Assembly (NCBI GenBank): GCA_044226625.1
Contig: JBGAGQ010000026.1
Span: forward strand, 13,775-77,774
DNA length: 64,000 bases
Reading direction: 5' to 3'
Source of the DNA: Thermoanaerobaculia bacterium
Lineage (GTDB): Bacteria; Acidobacteriota; Thermoanaerobaculia; Multivoradales; UBA5704
Positions 44,305-53,996 of this stretch are shown here, piece after piece. The notes below the pieces were generated by a model that saw nothing but the letters and a program-made list of their open reading frames with translations, was not told the DNA's origin and did no database searches. A program made the translations under genes and the position numbers. How positions within the stretch are numbered: the stretch's first letter is position 1; each line of letters opens with the position of its first letter.

Positions 44305-44760
44305 CTAATCCCGATCGACCGGTGATCCCTCGGCGCGTCGGCCGCTCTCCCCCGTACCGGTGGGGCGGTCCCGCCGGCCGTCCTCCGCATCGTCCCTGCG
44401 ATGGCGGCACCGGGGATCGCCATGCCGGGGACCCCACGGACCGCGCCAACTCTCCCAGCTCTCCCGAACGCGGTCCCGCTCGTCCGGGCTCATCCGCTCC
44501 CATCGCTCGGCCATCCGCTCGCGGAACTTCGAGCGTGAGCGCCATGCGCCGCCTCGGCCGCCCATGCCGCCGAACAGGATGCGGCTGAGCGCGAGGATCC
44601 CGAACGCCTGCCAGAACGTCACCTGCGGCAAGCCGACCAACGGCGGCAGGAGCCAGTTCCACAGCAGCATCACGATCGTTCCGCCCAAGAAGGCGAAGAG
44701 CACCATTCCGAGGATCGCAAACGGCGCGATCCAGATCATCTTGCGAAATTTCGCCCGCAT
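44305..44760 (-). CDS. Small membrane protein co-transcribed with an ECF sigma factor
   Basis: MLLWNWLLP...TFWQA.GIL.LSRILFG with a charged C-tail. Confidence 0.8.
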   Translation of the reverse strand: MRAKFRKMIWIAPFAILGMVLFAFLGGTIVMLLWNWLLPPLVGLPQVTFWQAFGILALSRILFGGMGGRGGAWRSRSKFRERMAERWERMSPDERDRVRESWESWRGPWGPRHGDPRCRHRRDDAEDGRRDRPTGTGESGRRAEGSPVDRD

Positions 44761-44771
44761 CTCGTATCCCC

Positions 44772-45359
44772 TCATGACTTCGTAAAGTCGTCGTAGATCG
44801 ACCGCAGCCGTTCGCGCAGAGCGAGCACCGCGTAGCGCTTCCTGGACAGCAGGGTGTTGATGCTCACGCCGGTCTCCTCGGCCATCTCCCGAAAGCTTCG
44901 CCCTTCGATCTCGTGGGCCACGAAGACGTCGCGTTGCGCCTCCGGCAGCTCGTCGATCGCCATCTCGATCTCTTCGAGCAGGGCGTTTCGAAAGGTGATC
45001 GCCTCCGGTCCGTCGTCGGGAGAGGGCAGGAGCTCCGCGAGATCGAGCCTCTCTCCGTCCTCGGCGTCCGGCGCGAACACGTCGTCGAGCCGTTCGGGCT
45101 TCTTCTTGCGAAAGCCGTCGACGATGCGATTGCGCGCAACGCGGAACAGCCAACCCGTCACGTGCTCGATCGGCATCAACAGGCGGTTCGCCTCGACCAG
45201 CTCGGAGAACACCTCCTGCAGAACGTCCTCGGCATCGAGCGGGTCGGCGACCCGCCGGTCGATGAAGCGGCGCAACCGGGAGCCTTCCCGTTCCACGACC
45301 TGCGCGATCCGCTGGTTCTGGGTCCTTGGCATCGGGTCGAGGTCGGCCAGGGTCGTCAT
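44772..45359 (-). CDS. ECF RNA polymerase sigma factor
   Basis: AEDVLQEVF, WLFRVARNRIVD, LP..QR.VF..HE.EG.SF.E.A..TG...NTLLSRK.YA. Confidence 0.92.
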   Translation of the reverse strand: MTTLADLDPMPRTQNQRIAQVVEREGSRLRRFIDRRVADPLDAEDVLQEVFSELVEANRLLMPIEHVTGWLFRVARNRIVDGFRKKKPERLDDVFAPDAEDGERLDLAELLPSPDDGPEAITFRNALLEEIEMAIDELPEAQRDVFVAHEIEGRSFREMAEETGVSINTLLSRKRYAVLALRERLRSIYDDFTKS

Positions 45360-45443
45360 CCATCCAACTAGACGGACGAGGGGGCGGCGATATTGTAGGC
45401 ACGGGCCGTGGGCCGGTTGGGACCGGTCTAAGATCCGTCGTCT

Positions 45444-46046
45444 ATGGTTGGCCGCCGATACCGACTCGTCCAGCTCGCGCCGCGGATCCTTCCGCTGTTT
45501 CTCCCGCTCTTTCCCGCCCCGTCCCCCACCCGCGCGGCCACGATCGAGGTGCCGCACACAACCCTCGCCCGGTTGCTCACCGACGAAAGCTTTCCCGACC
45601 GCAGGCGCTACATCGCGGGCAAGCCCGGCGACCCCTGCAACTGGGGCTACGTGATCGATCCGCAGATCGCGACCGTCCCCGCGGGGCTCGAATTCCGCGG
45701 CCGGGTGCGCGGCGCCTTCAAGCTGCTCGGCTTCTGCACGACGCTCAAGAACGACCTGCCGATCCGCGCGGTGGCGACCCCCGTCTTTGCGCACGGCGTG
45801 TTGTCGTTCCGCTCGACCGATCTCGAGATCGAGGGGCAGTCGGGAGGGCGCGTGACCCGCTTCCTCCTCGAGCGGATCCTCGACCGCCTGCGGCTCGATC
45901 TCCGCGGCAAGCTCGAGATGCTCGCGAGCGGCGCCCGCGGCCCGAACGGGATCGCGTTCGAGCTCAAGGACTTCGAGGTCCGGAGCGTCGAGCTGCTCAC
46001 CGACCGGACCCGCCTGGACGTCGATTTCGGCCTGGAGGTGCGGTGA
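45444..46046 (+). CDS. Hypothetical secreted beta-rich protein
   Basis: Signal-like N-terminus; its stop overlaps the next gene's start (GTGA). Confidence 0.65.
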   Translation: MVGRRYRLVQLAPRILPLFLPLFPAPSPTRAATIEVPHTTLARLLTDESFPDRRRYIAGKPGDPCNWGYVIDPQIATVPAGLEFRGRVRGAFKLLGFCTTLKNDLPIRAVATPVFAHGVLSFRSTDLEIEGQSGGRVTRFLLERILDRLRLDLRGKLEMLASGARGPNGIAFELKDFEVRSVELLTDRTRLDVDFGLEVR

Positions 46047-46855
46047 GAATCCGCGGGGCGAGGAGAGCGTTCGTACTCCTCGCCCTGCTCGCAGAGGTCT
46101 TCGCGTCCTCGTCGGTGCGAGCGGCCGTGTCGATCCCTCTCGAGATCGACGCGGACCCGATCGTCGAAAACGTCGGGGGCGTTCCGGTCACGCTCGTCCT
46201 CTCCGGCTCGCTCGCGCTCACCGAGGCGCCGAACGGCGCCGAAGGGACGCTCCAAGTGACGGTCGACCTCGCCGATCTCCAGGCGAAGATCCTCAAGGTC
46301 GTGCGGGCGCAGGGAAACCGGACCGAGCTGTGCGGCGACCGGCTCGACCTGCGCGCCGCGGCGCTGTCGCCTCCCGCTCCGGCCAAGGCGCCGGCCCCGG
46401 GGAAGACCTCCGCCCAGCTCTACGTGGCGGGACGATACGAGTGGTATTTCTGCCGGCCGCCGGTCGGCGACCTGTTCAACCCCGGACCGCCCCGCCTCCT
46501 GTTTCGCCAGGACGGCGCGGCGCGGTTCGATCTGGCGCCGCGGATCGACGGCCAGGGGATCGCGCTCGATCTGAACGTCGCGGGGGTCGCGGCCGAGGGC
46601 GCCCTGGGACGGGTGCTCGACGTGCGCGCGGTCGGCGAGTTTCTGCGCGCGCGGCTCGCCGGAATGCTCGGCCGCGCGCTCGGGCCCGAGAGCCTGCGCG
46701 TCGCCCTGCCCCCGGAGCTCGCCGAGCTGCGGCCGCGGTTCGAGCGGGTTCGGTTCGTCGATCGCGGAGCGGGGCGCCTCGCGCTCGTCGCGGACGGGCG
46801 CCTACGGATTCCGCTCGAGGCGTTCGAAGGGCTCGCGGGGCGCAAGGCCCCGTGA
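46043..46855 (+). CDS. Hypothetical secreted protein
   Basis: GTG start coupled to the upstream stop, GGAGG RBS, signal peptide. Confidence 0.65.
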   Translation: MRIRGARRAFVLLALLAEVFASSSVRAAVSIPLEIDADPIVENVGGVPVTLVLSGSLALTEAPNGAEGTLQVTVDLADLQAKILKVVRAQGNRTELCGDRLDLRAAALSPPAPAKAPAPGKTSAQLYVAGRYEWYFCRPPVGDLFNPGPPRLLFRQDGAARFDLAPRIDGQGIALDLNVAGVAAEGALGRVLDVRAVGEFLRARLAGMLGRALGPESLRVALPPELAELRPRFERVRFVDRGAGRLALVADGRLRIPLEAFEGLAGRKAP

Positions 46856-46917
46856 CGACGAGAAGCTAGACCCGAGAGCTGACGAGCGAGACGGGGCGGG
46901 AGTCGAGCGGCGAGACG

Positions 46918-47619
46918 TTAGCGGCCGGGATTCAGGACCGATTGCGCGGAGGTCCGTGCCGCTTCCAGGAAGTGGGAGGAGCCCAGCCAGTTGCGATCCG
47001 GGAAATACGCGAAGACCAGCGATCCCCCTTGGATCTCGTCGATCAGGTCGTGCGCGACCGCGAGGGACAAGGCCGGGCATCCCCAGCTGCGGCCCAGCCG
47101 GCCGTGCTGCCGGACGAAATCGGCGCTCACGTACGGGGCGCCGTGGATCACGATCGCGCGCTCTTGGGCGTGGTCGTTGACGCCGCGCTCGAGCCCGCGC
47201 AAGCGGAGCGAATAGCCGTTCGATCCCTGGTAGGTCTCCTGGGTGAGGAAGAGCCCGAGGCTCGACTTCAGGCTTCCCTCCTGATTCGAGAACGCGGTCG
47301 CGAAATTCTCGCCGCTCCCCTTGCCGTGCGCCACGAGCTCGTGCCAGACGACCTGCCCGGTGGCGCGATCGATCACCCAAAGGCGCGGCTCGGAGGACGG
47401 CCGGGAGTAGTCGATCACCGTGAGGAGCTTGGGCTTCGCGACGTGGACCTCGGTGAGCGCGCGATCCGCGGCTGCCGTCGCCAAGGTCAGGAGGGCGGGA
47501 GAGAGGCCCGTGCGGACCGCCGCGACGCTCAGCGGCGAGGCCGCCGCGGGGAGGCCCAGAAGGAGGAACGCGAGGAGCAACAGGGTCGAGATCGACTGCA
47601 TCGACCGAATCGACGTCAT
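46918..47619 (-). CDS. Murein L,D-transpeptidase catalytic domain protein (YkuD_2)
   Basis: IDYS.PS...RLWV.D, VAHG.GSG, FSN...S..SSLG and IHGA.Y...GRSWGCPA. Confidence 0.93.
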   Translation of the reverse strand: MTSIRSMQSISTLLLLAFLLLGLPAAASPLSVAAVRTGLSPALLTLATAAADRALTEVHVAKPKLLTVIDYSRPSSEPRLWVIDRATGQVVWHELVAHGKGSGENFATAFSNQEGSLKSSLGLFLTQETYQGSNGYSLRLRGLERGVNDHAQERAIVIHGAPYVSADFVRQHGRLGRSWGCPALSLAVAHDLIDEIQGGSLVFAYFPDRNWLGSSHFLEAARTSAQSVLNPGR

Positions 47620-47702
47620 CGGCTACCCTTTCGAGTGGAAGTCAGAGATTTCGGGGCGTCCCGGCGCCGTACCGCCGCCTCGATCGCCCCGCCCGTTCCT
47701 GT

Positions 47703-47758
47703 AACGCCGGATTGCCGCTTCAGATTCCCCGTTTCAGATTTCCCCGATTCAGATTCCC
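47703..47758 (-). promoter_or_regulatory. ECF-type promoter (GGAAT-N17-CGTT) with three direct repeats of GGGAA(A)TCTGAA
   Basis: Repeats at 47719-47730, 47732-47745 and 47747-47758. The proximal copy supplies the -35 element; CGTT is at 47706-47703. Confidence 0.55.
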
Positions 47759-48162
47759 TCAGGGAATCGGGTTTCCACTCGGAGCGCGGCGGCGACCAGC
47801 TCTTTCGCCGCCGAGGCATAGGGCAGCAGCGAGCCCACACTGCCGCGAACCAGCTTGAGATGGCCCTTCATGATGCCGACCAGGGGCTCGAGGGCGCTGT
47901 CCATCAAACGCTTCCAGATCTTGAGCTCCGCCGACAGGATGTAGGGGACTCGCTCCATGTCCTCCGCGGTCGCGACCCTCGCCTCCCGGCATTCGCCGTC
48001 GAACAGGTCGAGGAAGACCGCCCGCTCCTCGATCCGGCCGACGCCGCGAGCGACCAGAACCAGCGGCCAGCGCCAACCGTTCTGCCTGCGCAGCTCTTCG
48101 CTCGCTTGAATCGCCTGCCGCCAGGCACCCACCCAATCGGGCGAGAACAGATCGTGAGCCAT
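47749..48162 (-). CDS. SCP2 sterol-binding domain protein
   Basis: FS..W...W...I, LDL..GEC, W......L.P...IM.G.LKL..G. Confidence 0.8.
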   Translation of the reverse strand: MAHDLFSPDWVGAWRQAIQASEELRRQNGWRWPLVLVARGVGRIEERAVFLDLFDGECREARVATAEDMERVPYILSAELKIWKRLMDSALEPLVGIMKGHLKLVRGSVGSLLPYASAAKELVAAALRVETRFPEGI

Positions 48163-48264
48163 CGAGAGGTCTCCTTGCCCGGTGGATTGTAGCAGGACCC
48201 TCCGCCTCCGTCGGCGGCGAGATCTCGGGACGGCCCCGCGCGGCGGCGGCTCGGCGCTCTCCCG

Positions 48265-49713
48265 CTATACCCCGACCGCCTCCGGCTCCCAGGCCATGAA
48301 CTCGCGCGAATCGTCCCCCGGGATCGGCTCGAGCCGCGCCGTGAAGTGGCGCAGGCTGTCGGCCTGCTCGACGATCCGCAGGCCGGAAAGCTCGAACCGG
48401 CGTTCCGCGACGTTGCGCGCGACGTCGCACACATAATCGAGGTGGCTCTGGGTGTAGACCCGGCGCGGCAGGGCGAGGCGGACCAGCTCGAGCGGCGCGA
48501 AACGCTCGCGGCCCGTGACCGGATCGATGCCGCCGAACATCAGGGTGCCGATCTCGACCGACCGCACGCCCCCTTCGAGGTAGAGGGCGCAGGCGAGCGC
48601 CTGCCCCGGAAGGTCGCGCGGCGCGATGTGCGGCAGGAGGGACCCGGCGTCGATGTAGATCGCGTGTCCTCCCGGAGGCTCGATGATCGGCAGCCCCGCG
48701 GCGGCGAGCTTGCGGCCGAAACGGTAGGTGCTCTCGATCCGATAGCGCAGGTAGTTCTCGTCCACCACCTCGGTCAGTCCGACGGCGATCGCCTCGAGGT
48801 CGCGCCCGGCCAGCCCGCCGTAGGTCGGAAATCCCTCGGTGAGCAGCAGCAGCTCTTTGGCGCGCTGCGCGAGTCGCGGATCCGACAGACCCAAGAATCC
48901 GCCGATGTTGGCGAGCCCGTCCTTTTTGGCGGAGAACGTGGCCCCGACGGCCAGCGAGAACATCTCCTGCGCGATCGACTCGACGGTCCGGTGCCCCTGC
49001 CCCTCTTCGCGCACCTTGATAAAGTAGGCGTTCTCCGCGAAGCGGCAGGCGTCGAGATAGAACGGCACGCCGAAACGGCGACAGATCTCGGACGTCGCCC
49101 GCAGGTTCGCGAGCGACGCCGGCTGGCCGCCGCCCGAGTTGTTGGTGACCGTCATCATCACCGCGGCGACCTGCGGCAGCGCGCGATCGCGCTCGGCCTC
49201 CCCCAGCAGGCGCTCGAGCCGCCCGAGGTCCATGTTCCCTTTGAACGGGAAGTCGAGACCCGGCTGGCGCGCCTCGGGGACCGCGAGGTCGACCGCGATG
49301 CCGCCGAGCGCCTCGATGTTGGCGCGCGTCGTGTCGAAGTGGATGTTGTTGACCACCACCCGGCCGGCGACGCCGAGGCAGGTGAACAGAATGCGCTCCG
49401 CGGCCCGCCCCTGATGAGTCGGCAGGATGAAGGGAAACGCCGTGAGCTCCTGGACCCGCGACTCGAACCGGAACCACGAGCGGCTGCCGGCGTAGGCCTC
49501 GTCGCCGCGCTGGAGCACGGCCCACTGCGCGTCCGACATCGCGCCCGTCCCGGAGTCGGTGAACAGGTCTATCAGGACGTCCTCGGAACGTACTTTGAAA
49601 AGATTCCAAGAGGCGCGAGCCAAGATGTCCATTCGCTCCTCGCGGCTGGTGATCCGGATCGGCTCGACACTCTTGATGCGGAACGGCTCAAAACAAGTCA
49701 GCGCACTCGCCAT
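48265..49713 (-). CDS. tnaA: Tryptophanase
   Basis: EPFRIKSVEP, DLFTDSGT, THQGR.AE, SAKKD, EGFPTYGG and LRHFTARL. SAKKD and the His favour TnaA over tyrosine phenol-lyase. Confidence 0.9.
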   Translation of the reverse strand: MASALTCFEPFRIKSVEPIRITSREERMDILARASWNLFKVRSEDVLIDLFTDSGTGAMSDAQWAVLQRGDEAYAGSRSWFRFESRVQELTAFPFILPTHQGRAAERILFTCLGVAGRVVVNNIHFDTTRANIEALGGIAVDLAVPEARQPGLDFPFKGNMDLGRLERLLGEAERDRALPQVAAVMMTVTNNSGGGQPASLANLRATSEICRRFGVPFYLDACRFAENAYFIKVREEGQGHRTVESIAQEMFSLAVGATFSAKKDGLANIGGFLGLSDPRLAQRAKELLLLTEGFPTYGGLAGRDLEAIAVGLTEVVDENYLRYRIESTYRFGRKLAAAGLPIIEPPGGHAIYIDAGSLLPHIAPRDLPGQALACALYLEGGVRSVEIGTLMFGGIDPVTGRERFAPLELVRLALPRRVYTQSHLDYVCDVARNVAERRFELSGLRIVEQADSLRHFTARLEPIPGDDSREFMAWEPEAVGV

Positions 49714-49879
49714 AATGCCCTCCCCCCAAGATGCCCTTTCCTTTTCCGGTGAGCGCCGGCCCTTCGAGCGGGCCACGATGTGGCAGATCGACGGAATTTG
49801 CCCTTGAAAGACGCGATTCCGGGGTAGTCTCATCGGTCGTATTCGTGTGAAGACTCCGAACCGCTCGCGGCCGTTTAGC

Positions 49880-49895
49880 TGGCCCTCGGCTTGCA
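49880..49895 (+). promoter_or_regulatory. sigma54 -24/-12 promoter
   Basis: TGGCCC-TCGGC-TTGCA about 63 nt upstream of ATG 49958. Confidence 0.65.
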
Positions 49896-49957
49896 GAGGC
49901 AGCGCAAAGACTTTTCGCATCGATGCTTCATTCCCAGCGTCACCAAAGGAGAGCTTC

Positions 49958-50581
49958 ATGTCCTCGATTTTTGAACAGCTCAGCTCGCAGCTCGGCGGCC
50001 ATACCGACCAGATCGCCGACCTCCTCGGCGCCGATCCGGGGGCGACCGGCAAGGCGATCCAGGCCGCGATCCCCATGCTCGTCTCGGGCCTCGCGAAGAA
50101 CTCGCAGAAACCGGGCGGAGCGGACGCCCTCCATCGCGCCCTCGATCAGCACGACGGCAGCATCCTCGATTCGGCGTTGAGCGTCTTTTCGGAGCTCCAG
50201 GCGGGCCAGGGCGCCGGCGGCGGTGGCGGCGGACTCGGAGGCAGCATCTTGGGCCACATCCTCGGCGGCAATCGGGGAGCGGCCGAGCAGGGGCTCGCCC
50301 AGGCGAGCGGGCTCGACCTCTCGCAGATCGCGCGCCTGCTTCCCCTCCTCGCCCCCCTGGTCATGGCCGCGCTCGGCAAGGCGAAGCAGACGCACGGCTT
50401 CGACGCCGGGGGCCTACAGGACATGCTCGGACGCGAGCACCAGCGCGCCCAGGAGCAGGACCCGGGCCTCATGGGCATGCTCGGCGGCCTGCTCGACCGC
50501 AATCACGACGGCTCGATGATGGACGACGCGGTGCAGATGGGCACCGGCCTGCTCGGCTCGCTCTTCGGCGGCCAGAAGTAG
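49958..50581 (+). CDS. DUF937-family protein
   Basis: AL..HDGSILD, G..ILGHILG, LAPLVM..LG and LD...DGS..DD; AAGGAG RBS. Confidence 0.88.
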   Translation: MSSIFEQLSSQLGGHTDQIADLLGADPGATGKAIQAAIPMLVSGLAKNSQKPGGADALHRALDQHDGSILDSALSVFSELQAGQGAGGGGGGLGGSILGHILGGNRGAAEQGLAQASGLDLSQIARLLPLLAPLVMAALGKAKQTHGFDAGGLQDMLGREHQRAQEQDPGLMGMLGGLLDRNHDGSMMDDAVQMGTGLLGSLFGGQK

Positions 50582-50588
50582 AGCGCGC

Positions 50589-51503
50589 CTACCCTAGTCC
50601 CGCCCAGAGGTGGAGCGTCGCGTAGCCGCGCCACGGGCGCCAGCGCGCCGACCGACGCTCCGCCTCCCGCTCGTTCGCGAGCTTCTCCCCGGGCGCCGCG
50701 AGCGCCTTGCGCACCCCGAGATCCCCGGCAGGAAACGCATCGCGGTCGCCGAGGCCGCGCAGCCGAACGTAGGCCGCCGTCCACGGGCCGATCCCGGGCA
50801 GAGCGCGCAGGGCGGCATCGGCCACCTCGGCGGGCGCCGTCCGCAAGCTTCCGAGATCGAGCGCGCCGGAGGCGACGATTTCCGAGCACCCGAGGATCGA
50901 GCGCGCTTTCGCGCCGGTAAGACCGAGCGCCCGCAGCGCCTCCTCCCCCGCCTTGGCCAGCGTCTCGGGCTCCGGGAAGAACCGCAGCGGCTCCCCTCCC
51001 TCCTCGAACGCCGGAGCCGGCCGGCCGAACCGCGCGACCATCCGGCCGCCGATCGTCCGCGCCGCGGCGACGCTCACCTGCTGCCCGAGGATCGCCCGAA
51101 TCAACGCCTCGAACGGATCGTCATAGACCGGCAAACGCATCCCCGGCCGCGCGGCGACAAGCGGAGCGAGGACCGGATCCCCGGCCGCGAGATCGTGCAG
51201 CTCGCCGAGAGGCGCGTCGAGATCGAACAGTCGGTCGACCAAGCCCGGCAGCTCCGCAGGATCGATCGCACCGGACGCTCGCGCCACGATCGCCGTTTTG
51301 CCGTCTCGTCCTTTCTTGAAACGTACCCCGATCGATCCGCCCCGTCCTCGAAGCGCGCGCCGGTACTCATCCTCCGAGAAAGTCTCGAGACCCGAGATGA
51401 CTCGCGCGCCGAGGAACGCGGCGAGCCACGCGGTATCCAGCGGGCCATTGAACGGAATCTTCAGAATCGGAGCCTCTCCCTCGATGGCCCGCTGTTCGTT
51501 CAG
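50589..51503 (-). CDS. alkA: DNA-3-methyladenine glycosylase II (AlkA_N + HhH-GPD)
   Basis: AILGQQVS, LPGIGPWTA.Y, DAFP..DLG and WRPWR.YA. The frame continues upstream of 51287 as an AlkA_N-like domain (PLD.AWL..FL.AR.I.GLE) with only CTG/ATT start candidates. Confidence 0.88.
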   Translation of the reverse strand: MNEQRAIEGEAPILKIPFNGPLDTAWLAAFLGARVISGLETFSEDEYRRALRGRGGSIGVRFKKGRDGKTAIVARASGAIDPAELPGLVDRLFDLDAPLGELHDLAAGDPVLAPLVAARPGMRLPVYDDPFEALIRAILGQQVSVAAARTIGGRMVARFGRPAPAFEEGGEPLRFFPEPETLAKAGEEALRALGLTGAKARSILGCSEIVASGALDLGSLRTAPAEVADAALRALPGIGPWTAAYVRLRGLGDRDAFPAGDLGVRKALAAPGEKLANEREAERRSARWRPWRGYATLHLWAGLG

Positions 51504-51508
51504 AGACT

Positions 51509-51706
51509 CTACGCGAGCCGATCTCCTGAGACCTGGACTAGCCGATCCCCAGCTGGTGAGAGATCGAAGCTAAACCGACGATTCTGGAGATCCACGAGAT
51601 TCAGACGATCGCCGTCCCACCAAGAATCCATGAGGATCTCCAACACGTCGAACTTCTGCAGAACGAGAGCGCCCAGGCCTTGGCCGCGCCTCAATCGCAG
51701 CTTCAA
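51509..51706 (-). CDS. Hypothetical protein
   Basis: 65-aa ORF with an upstream GAGGA and lower GC; no recognisable motif. Confidence 0.3.
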   Translation of the reverse strand: MKLRLRRGQGLGALVLQKFDVLEILMDSWWDGDRLNLVDLQNRRFSFDLSPAGDRLVQVSGDRLA

Positions 51707-51767
51707 TGGGCAAGCGGGTCTTCCTCGAGCTCCACCCCAATTCGCCCTCTATCAGAAACCCGGCCCC

Positions 51768-52739
51768 CTACCGCTCGAGCACCTTCGCCAGCCGCAGCAG
51801 CTCGGGATCGAGCGTCTTCTTGCTCGCCACGACTTCGGCGAGCGGCGTCGAGGTGATTGATCCGCTGCGAAGGCCGACCAGGGTGCCGCTCTCGCCGGCG
51901 ATCAGGCGCTCGGCCGCGGCGACTCCGAAGCGGGTGGCGAGGAGGCGGTCGAAGGCGGTGGGCGCTCCTCCGCGTTGGACGTGGCCGAGGATGGTCGCCC
52001 GGATCTCGAAGCCGAGCTCTTCGCGCCGCTCGTGGAACCACCGCTCGAGCTGCCCCGCGTCTCGCTCGCAGCCTTCCGCGACGACCACGAGGGCGTGCAT
52101 CTTGCCGCGTTGATGCGCCTCGCGTAGGTGGATCGCGAGATCCTCGGGAGTCGTGGGGGTCTCGGGGATCAGAGTCGCCTCGGCCCCGCCGGCGATGCCG
52201 GTCATCAACGCGAGGTAGCCGCAGTCGCGCCCCATCACCTCGACGAGGAAGGCGCGATGATGGGACGAGGCCGTGGTGCGAAGGCGATCGATCGCTTCGA
52301 GCGCGATGTTGAGCGCGGTGTCGACGCCGATCGTCACCTCGGAGCCGAAGAGGTCGTTGTCGATCGTCGAGGCGACGCCGACGACGGCCAGGCCGAGCTT
52401 CGAGAGTTGGTAGGCGCCCGTCTGCGATCCGTTGCCGCCGATTACCACGACGCCTTCGATGCCGCGCCGGTCGAGGGAGGCGAGCGCGGTGGCCCGCCCT
52501 TCCTCGGTATGGAAGTCGCGGCAGCGGGCGCTGCCGAGCACCGTGCCGCCCCGGCCGATGATGCCTCCGACGTCGCGTGCGCCGAGCGGCCGGAACGCTC
52601 CCTCGATCAGGCCGGCGAAGCCGCGCTCGACGCCGAAGACCTCGGCGCCCCGGGCGAGCCCCGCGCGCGCGACGGCGCGGATCGCCGCGTTCATCCCCGG
52701 CGCGTCGCCGCCGCTGGTCAAGACCGCGATTCGTTTCAT
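51768..52739 (-). CDS. pfkA: ATP-dependent 6-phosphofructokinase
   Basis: TSGGDAPGMN, GGT.LGSAR, GGNGS (variant of GGDGS), TIDND, EVMGR and LGHVQRGG. Confidence 0.95.
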   Translation of the reverse strand: MKRIAVLTSGGDAPGMNAAIRAVARAGLARGAEVFGVERGFAGLIEGAFRPLGARDVGGIIGRGGTVLGSARCRDFHTEEGRATALASLDRRGIEGVVVIGGNGSQTGAYQLSKLGLAVVGVASTIDNDLFGSEVTIGVDTALNIALEAIDRLRTTASSHHRAFLVEVMGRDCGYLALMTGIAGGAEATLIPETPTTPEDLAIHLREAHQRGKMHALVVVAEGCERDAGQLERWFHERREELGFEIRATILGHVQRGGAPTAFDRLLATRFGVAAAERLIAGESGTLVGLRSGSITSTPLAEVVASKKTLDPELLRLAKVLER

Positions 52740-52843
52740 CGAGGAGGAATCATACTTCTCCGGCGGCCCCGGCTCGAACCAACGAAGGCGGGCGAGAGAT
52801 CGAAGACGCGATCCGCCGAGCTGCCGGTCAGCCGGTCAAACGA

Positions 52844-53305
52844 TCAGCCGACCAGCCGGGCCCGGATCTCTTTGCCGTCCAGGTCCGCGTGATACTCGAA
52901 CAGATCGGAAAGGCGCAGCACCGCGCCGAGGCCGGTGCCGAGACCGCCGCGCCGGAGCAGCAGGGCGGGATCGATCGGGCCGCCGCCGTCGCAATGGTCG
53001 ACGACCGCCATCGCGAGATCGACGATCGGCGGCCCGGCGTCGCGCGCGGAGATCGAGAGCGCCGGCCGGCCGCCCTCGCCCCCCGCCGGATCGGCGGCGA
53101 GATCGAGAATCCCGCCGCCCGCGTGGCGCACCTGGTTCGAGGCGAGCTCGCACACCACGATCGCGACCTCGCGGGCGCGGCGATGCCCGAAGCCGGCCTC
53201 GAGCGCCATGCGCCGGGCAAAGGTGCCGGCCGCGACCACGTCGCTCCGTCCGAAGATCGTCAGGACGCGATGCGCTCCGGCCGGCTTGACCTTCGGTAGA
53301 TTCAT
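52844..53305 (-). CDS. RsbT-like anti-sigma/HATPase kinase (second copy)
   Basis: AI.V.ELA.N.V.HAGGG, ARD.GP and GLG.GLGAV.RL.D. Confidence 0.8.
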   Translation of the reverse strand: MNLPKVKPAGAHRVLTIFGRSDVVAAGTFARRMALEAGFGHRRAREVAIVVCELASNQVRHAGGGILDLAADPAGGEGGRPALSISARDAGPPIVDLAMAVVDHCDGGGPIDPALLLRRGGLGTGLGAVLRLSDLFEYHADLDGKEIRARLVG

Positions 53306-53976
53306 CCCGCCGTCCGGACGACCGTGCCGAGTTGATCGGCCTCGCGCAGGTAGAGCTGCAGCGCGTCACGCAGGCTGCGCAGCGTGCGCACGCCGGTCAG
53401 GTCGACGCCGATGTGCGTGAGCGTCTGGGCGATCGACGGGTTGATGCCGCTGATGATGCAGTCGGCGCCGAGCAGGCGGACCGCCTTGGCCATCTTGATG
53501 AAGTGGTCGGCCGTCTTGGTGTCCATCACGTCGATGCCGGTGATGTCGACGATCGCCAGGCGCGACTGCTTGGCGACGATCGTCTCGAGCAGCGTCTCGG
53601 TCATCTCCGCGCTGCGCTGGCTGTCGACGATGCCCACCACGGGCAGGCAGAGGACGCCCGACCAGACCTCGATGATCGGCGTCGACAGGTCGCGGATCGC
53701 CGCCTGTTGCAGTTCGATCGTCTGCAGCTTGCCTTCGAGCTCTCGGTTGGTCGCCTCGTGCCGCTCGAGCGCGTCTTTCAAGGCGCGCTTCGCCTGGCTG
53801 AGCTCCTCGACGAAGACGGTGAACGCGGTCTCGAGCTCGGAGAACGCGTCCTCGTCGGCGAACGATTTGAGCAGCTCGAGGCTCGGCTCGAACTCGTCGA
53901 CGCTCGCGTAGGACAGGGCTTCGATCACCCTTTGCAAGCGGCGATAGTGAATCTCGATGGTTTCTCCCTCGCTCAT
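53302..53976 (-). CDS. rsbR: RsbR-like STAS protein
   Basis: LSTPII.VW.GVL.LP.VG..DS.R, DITG...MDT..A and ISGI.P.IAQT; start ATG 53976. Confidence 0.88.
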   Translation of the reverse strand: MSEGETIEIHYRRLQRVIEALSYASVDEFEPSLELLKSFADEDAFSELETAFTVFVEELSQAKRALKDALERHEATNRELEGKLQTIELQQAAIRDLSTPIIEVWSGVLCLPVVGIVDSQRSAEMTETLLETIVAKQSRLAIVDITGIDVMDTKTADHFIKMAKAVRLLGADCIISGINPSIAQTLTHIGVDLTGVRTLRSLRDALQLYLREADQLGTVVRTAG

Positions 53977-53996
53977 GGTTTCCTTTTCCTCCCGGC

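Noticed and set aside
49714-49957. TnaC-like leader peptide upstream of tnaA
   Set aside because: I found no short ORF with the W-x3-D...P-stop pattern; the long upstream in-frame extension overlaps the divergent gene's promoter.
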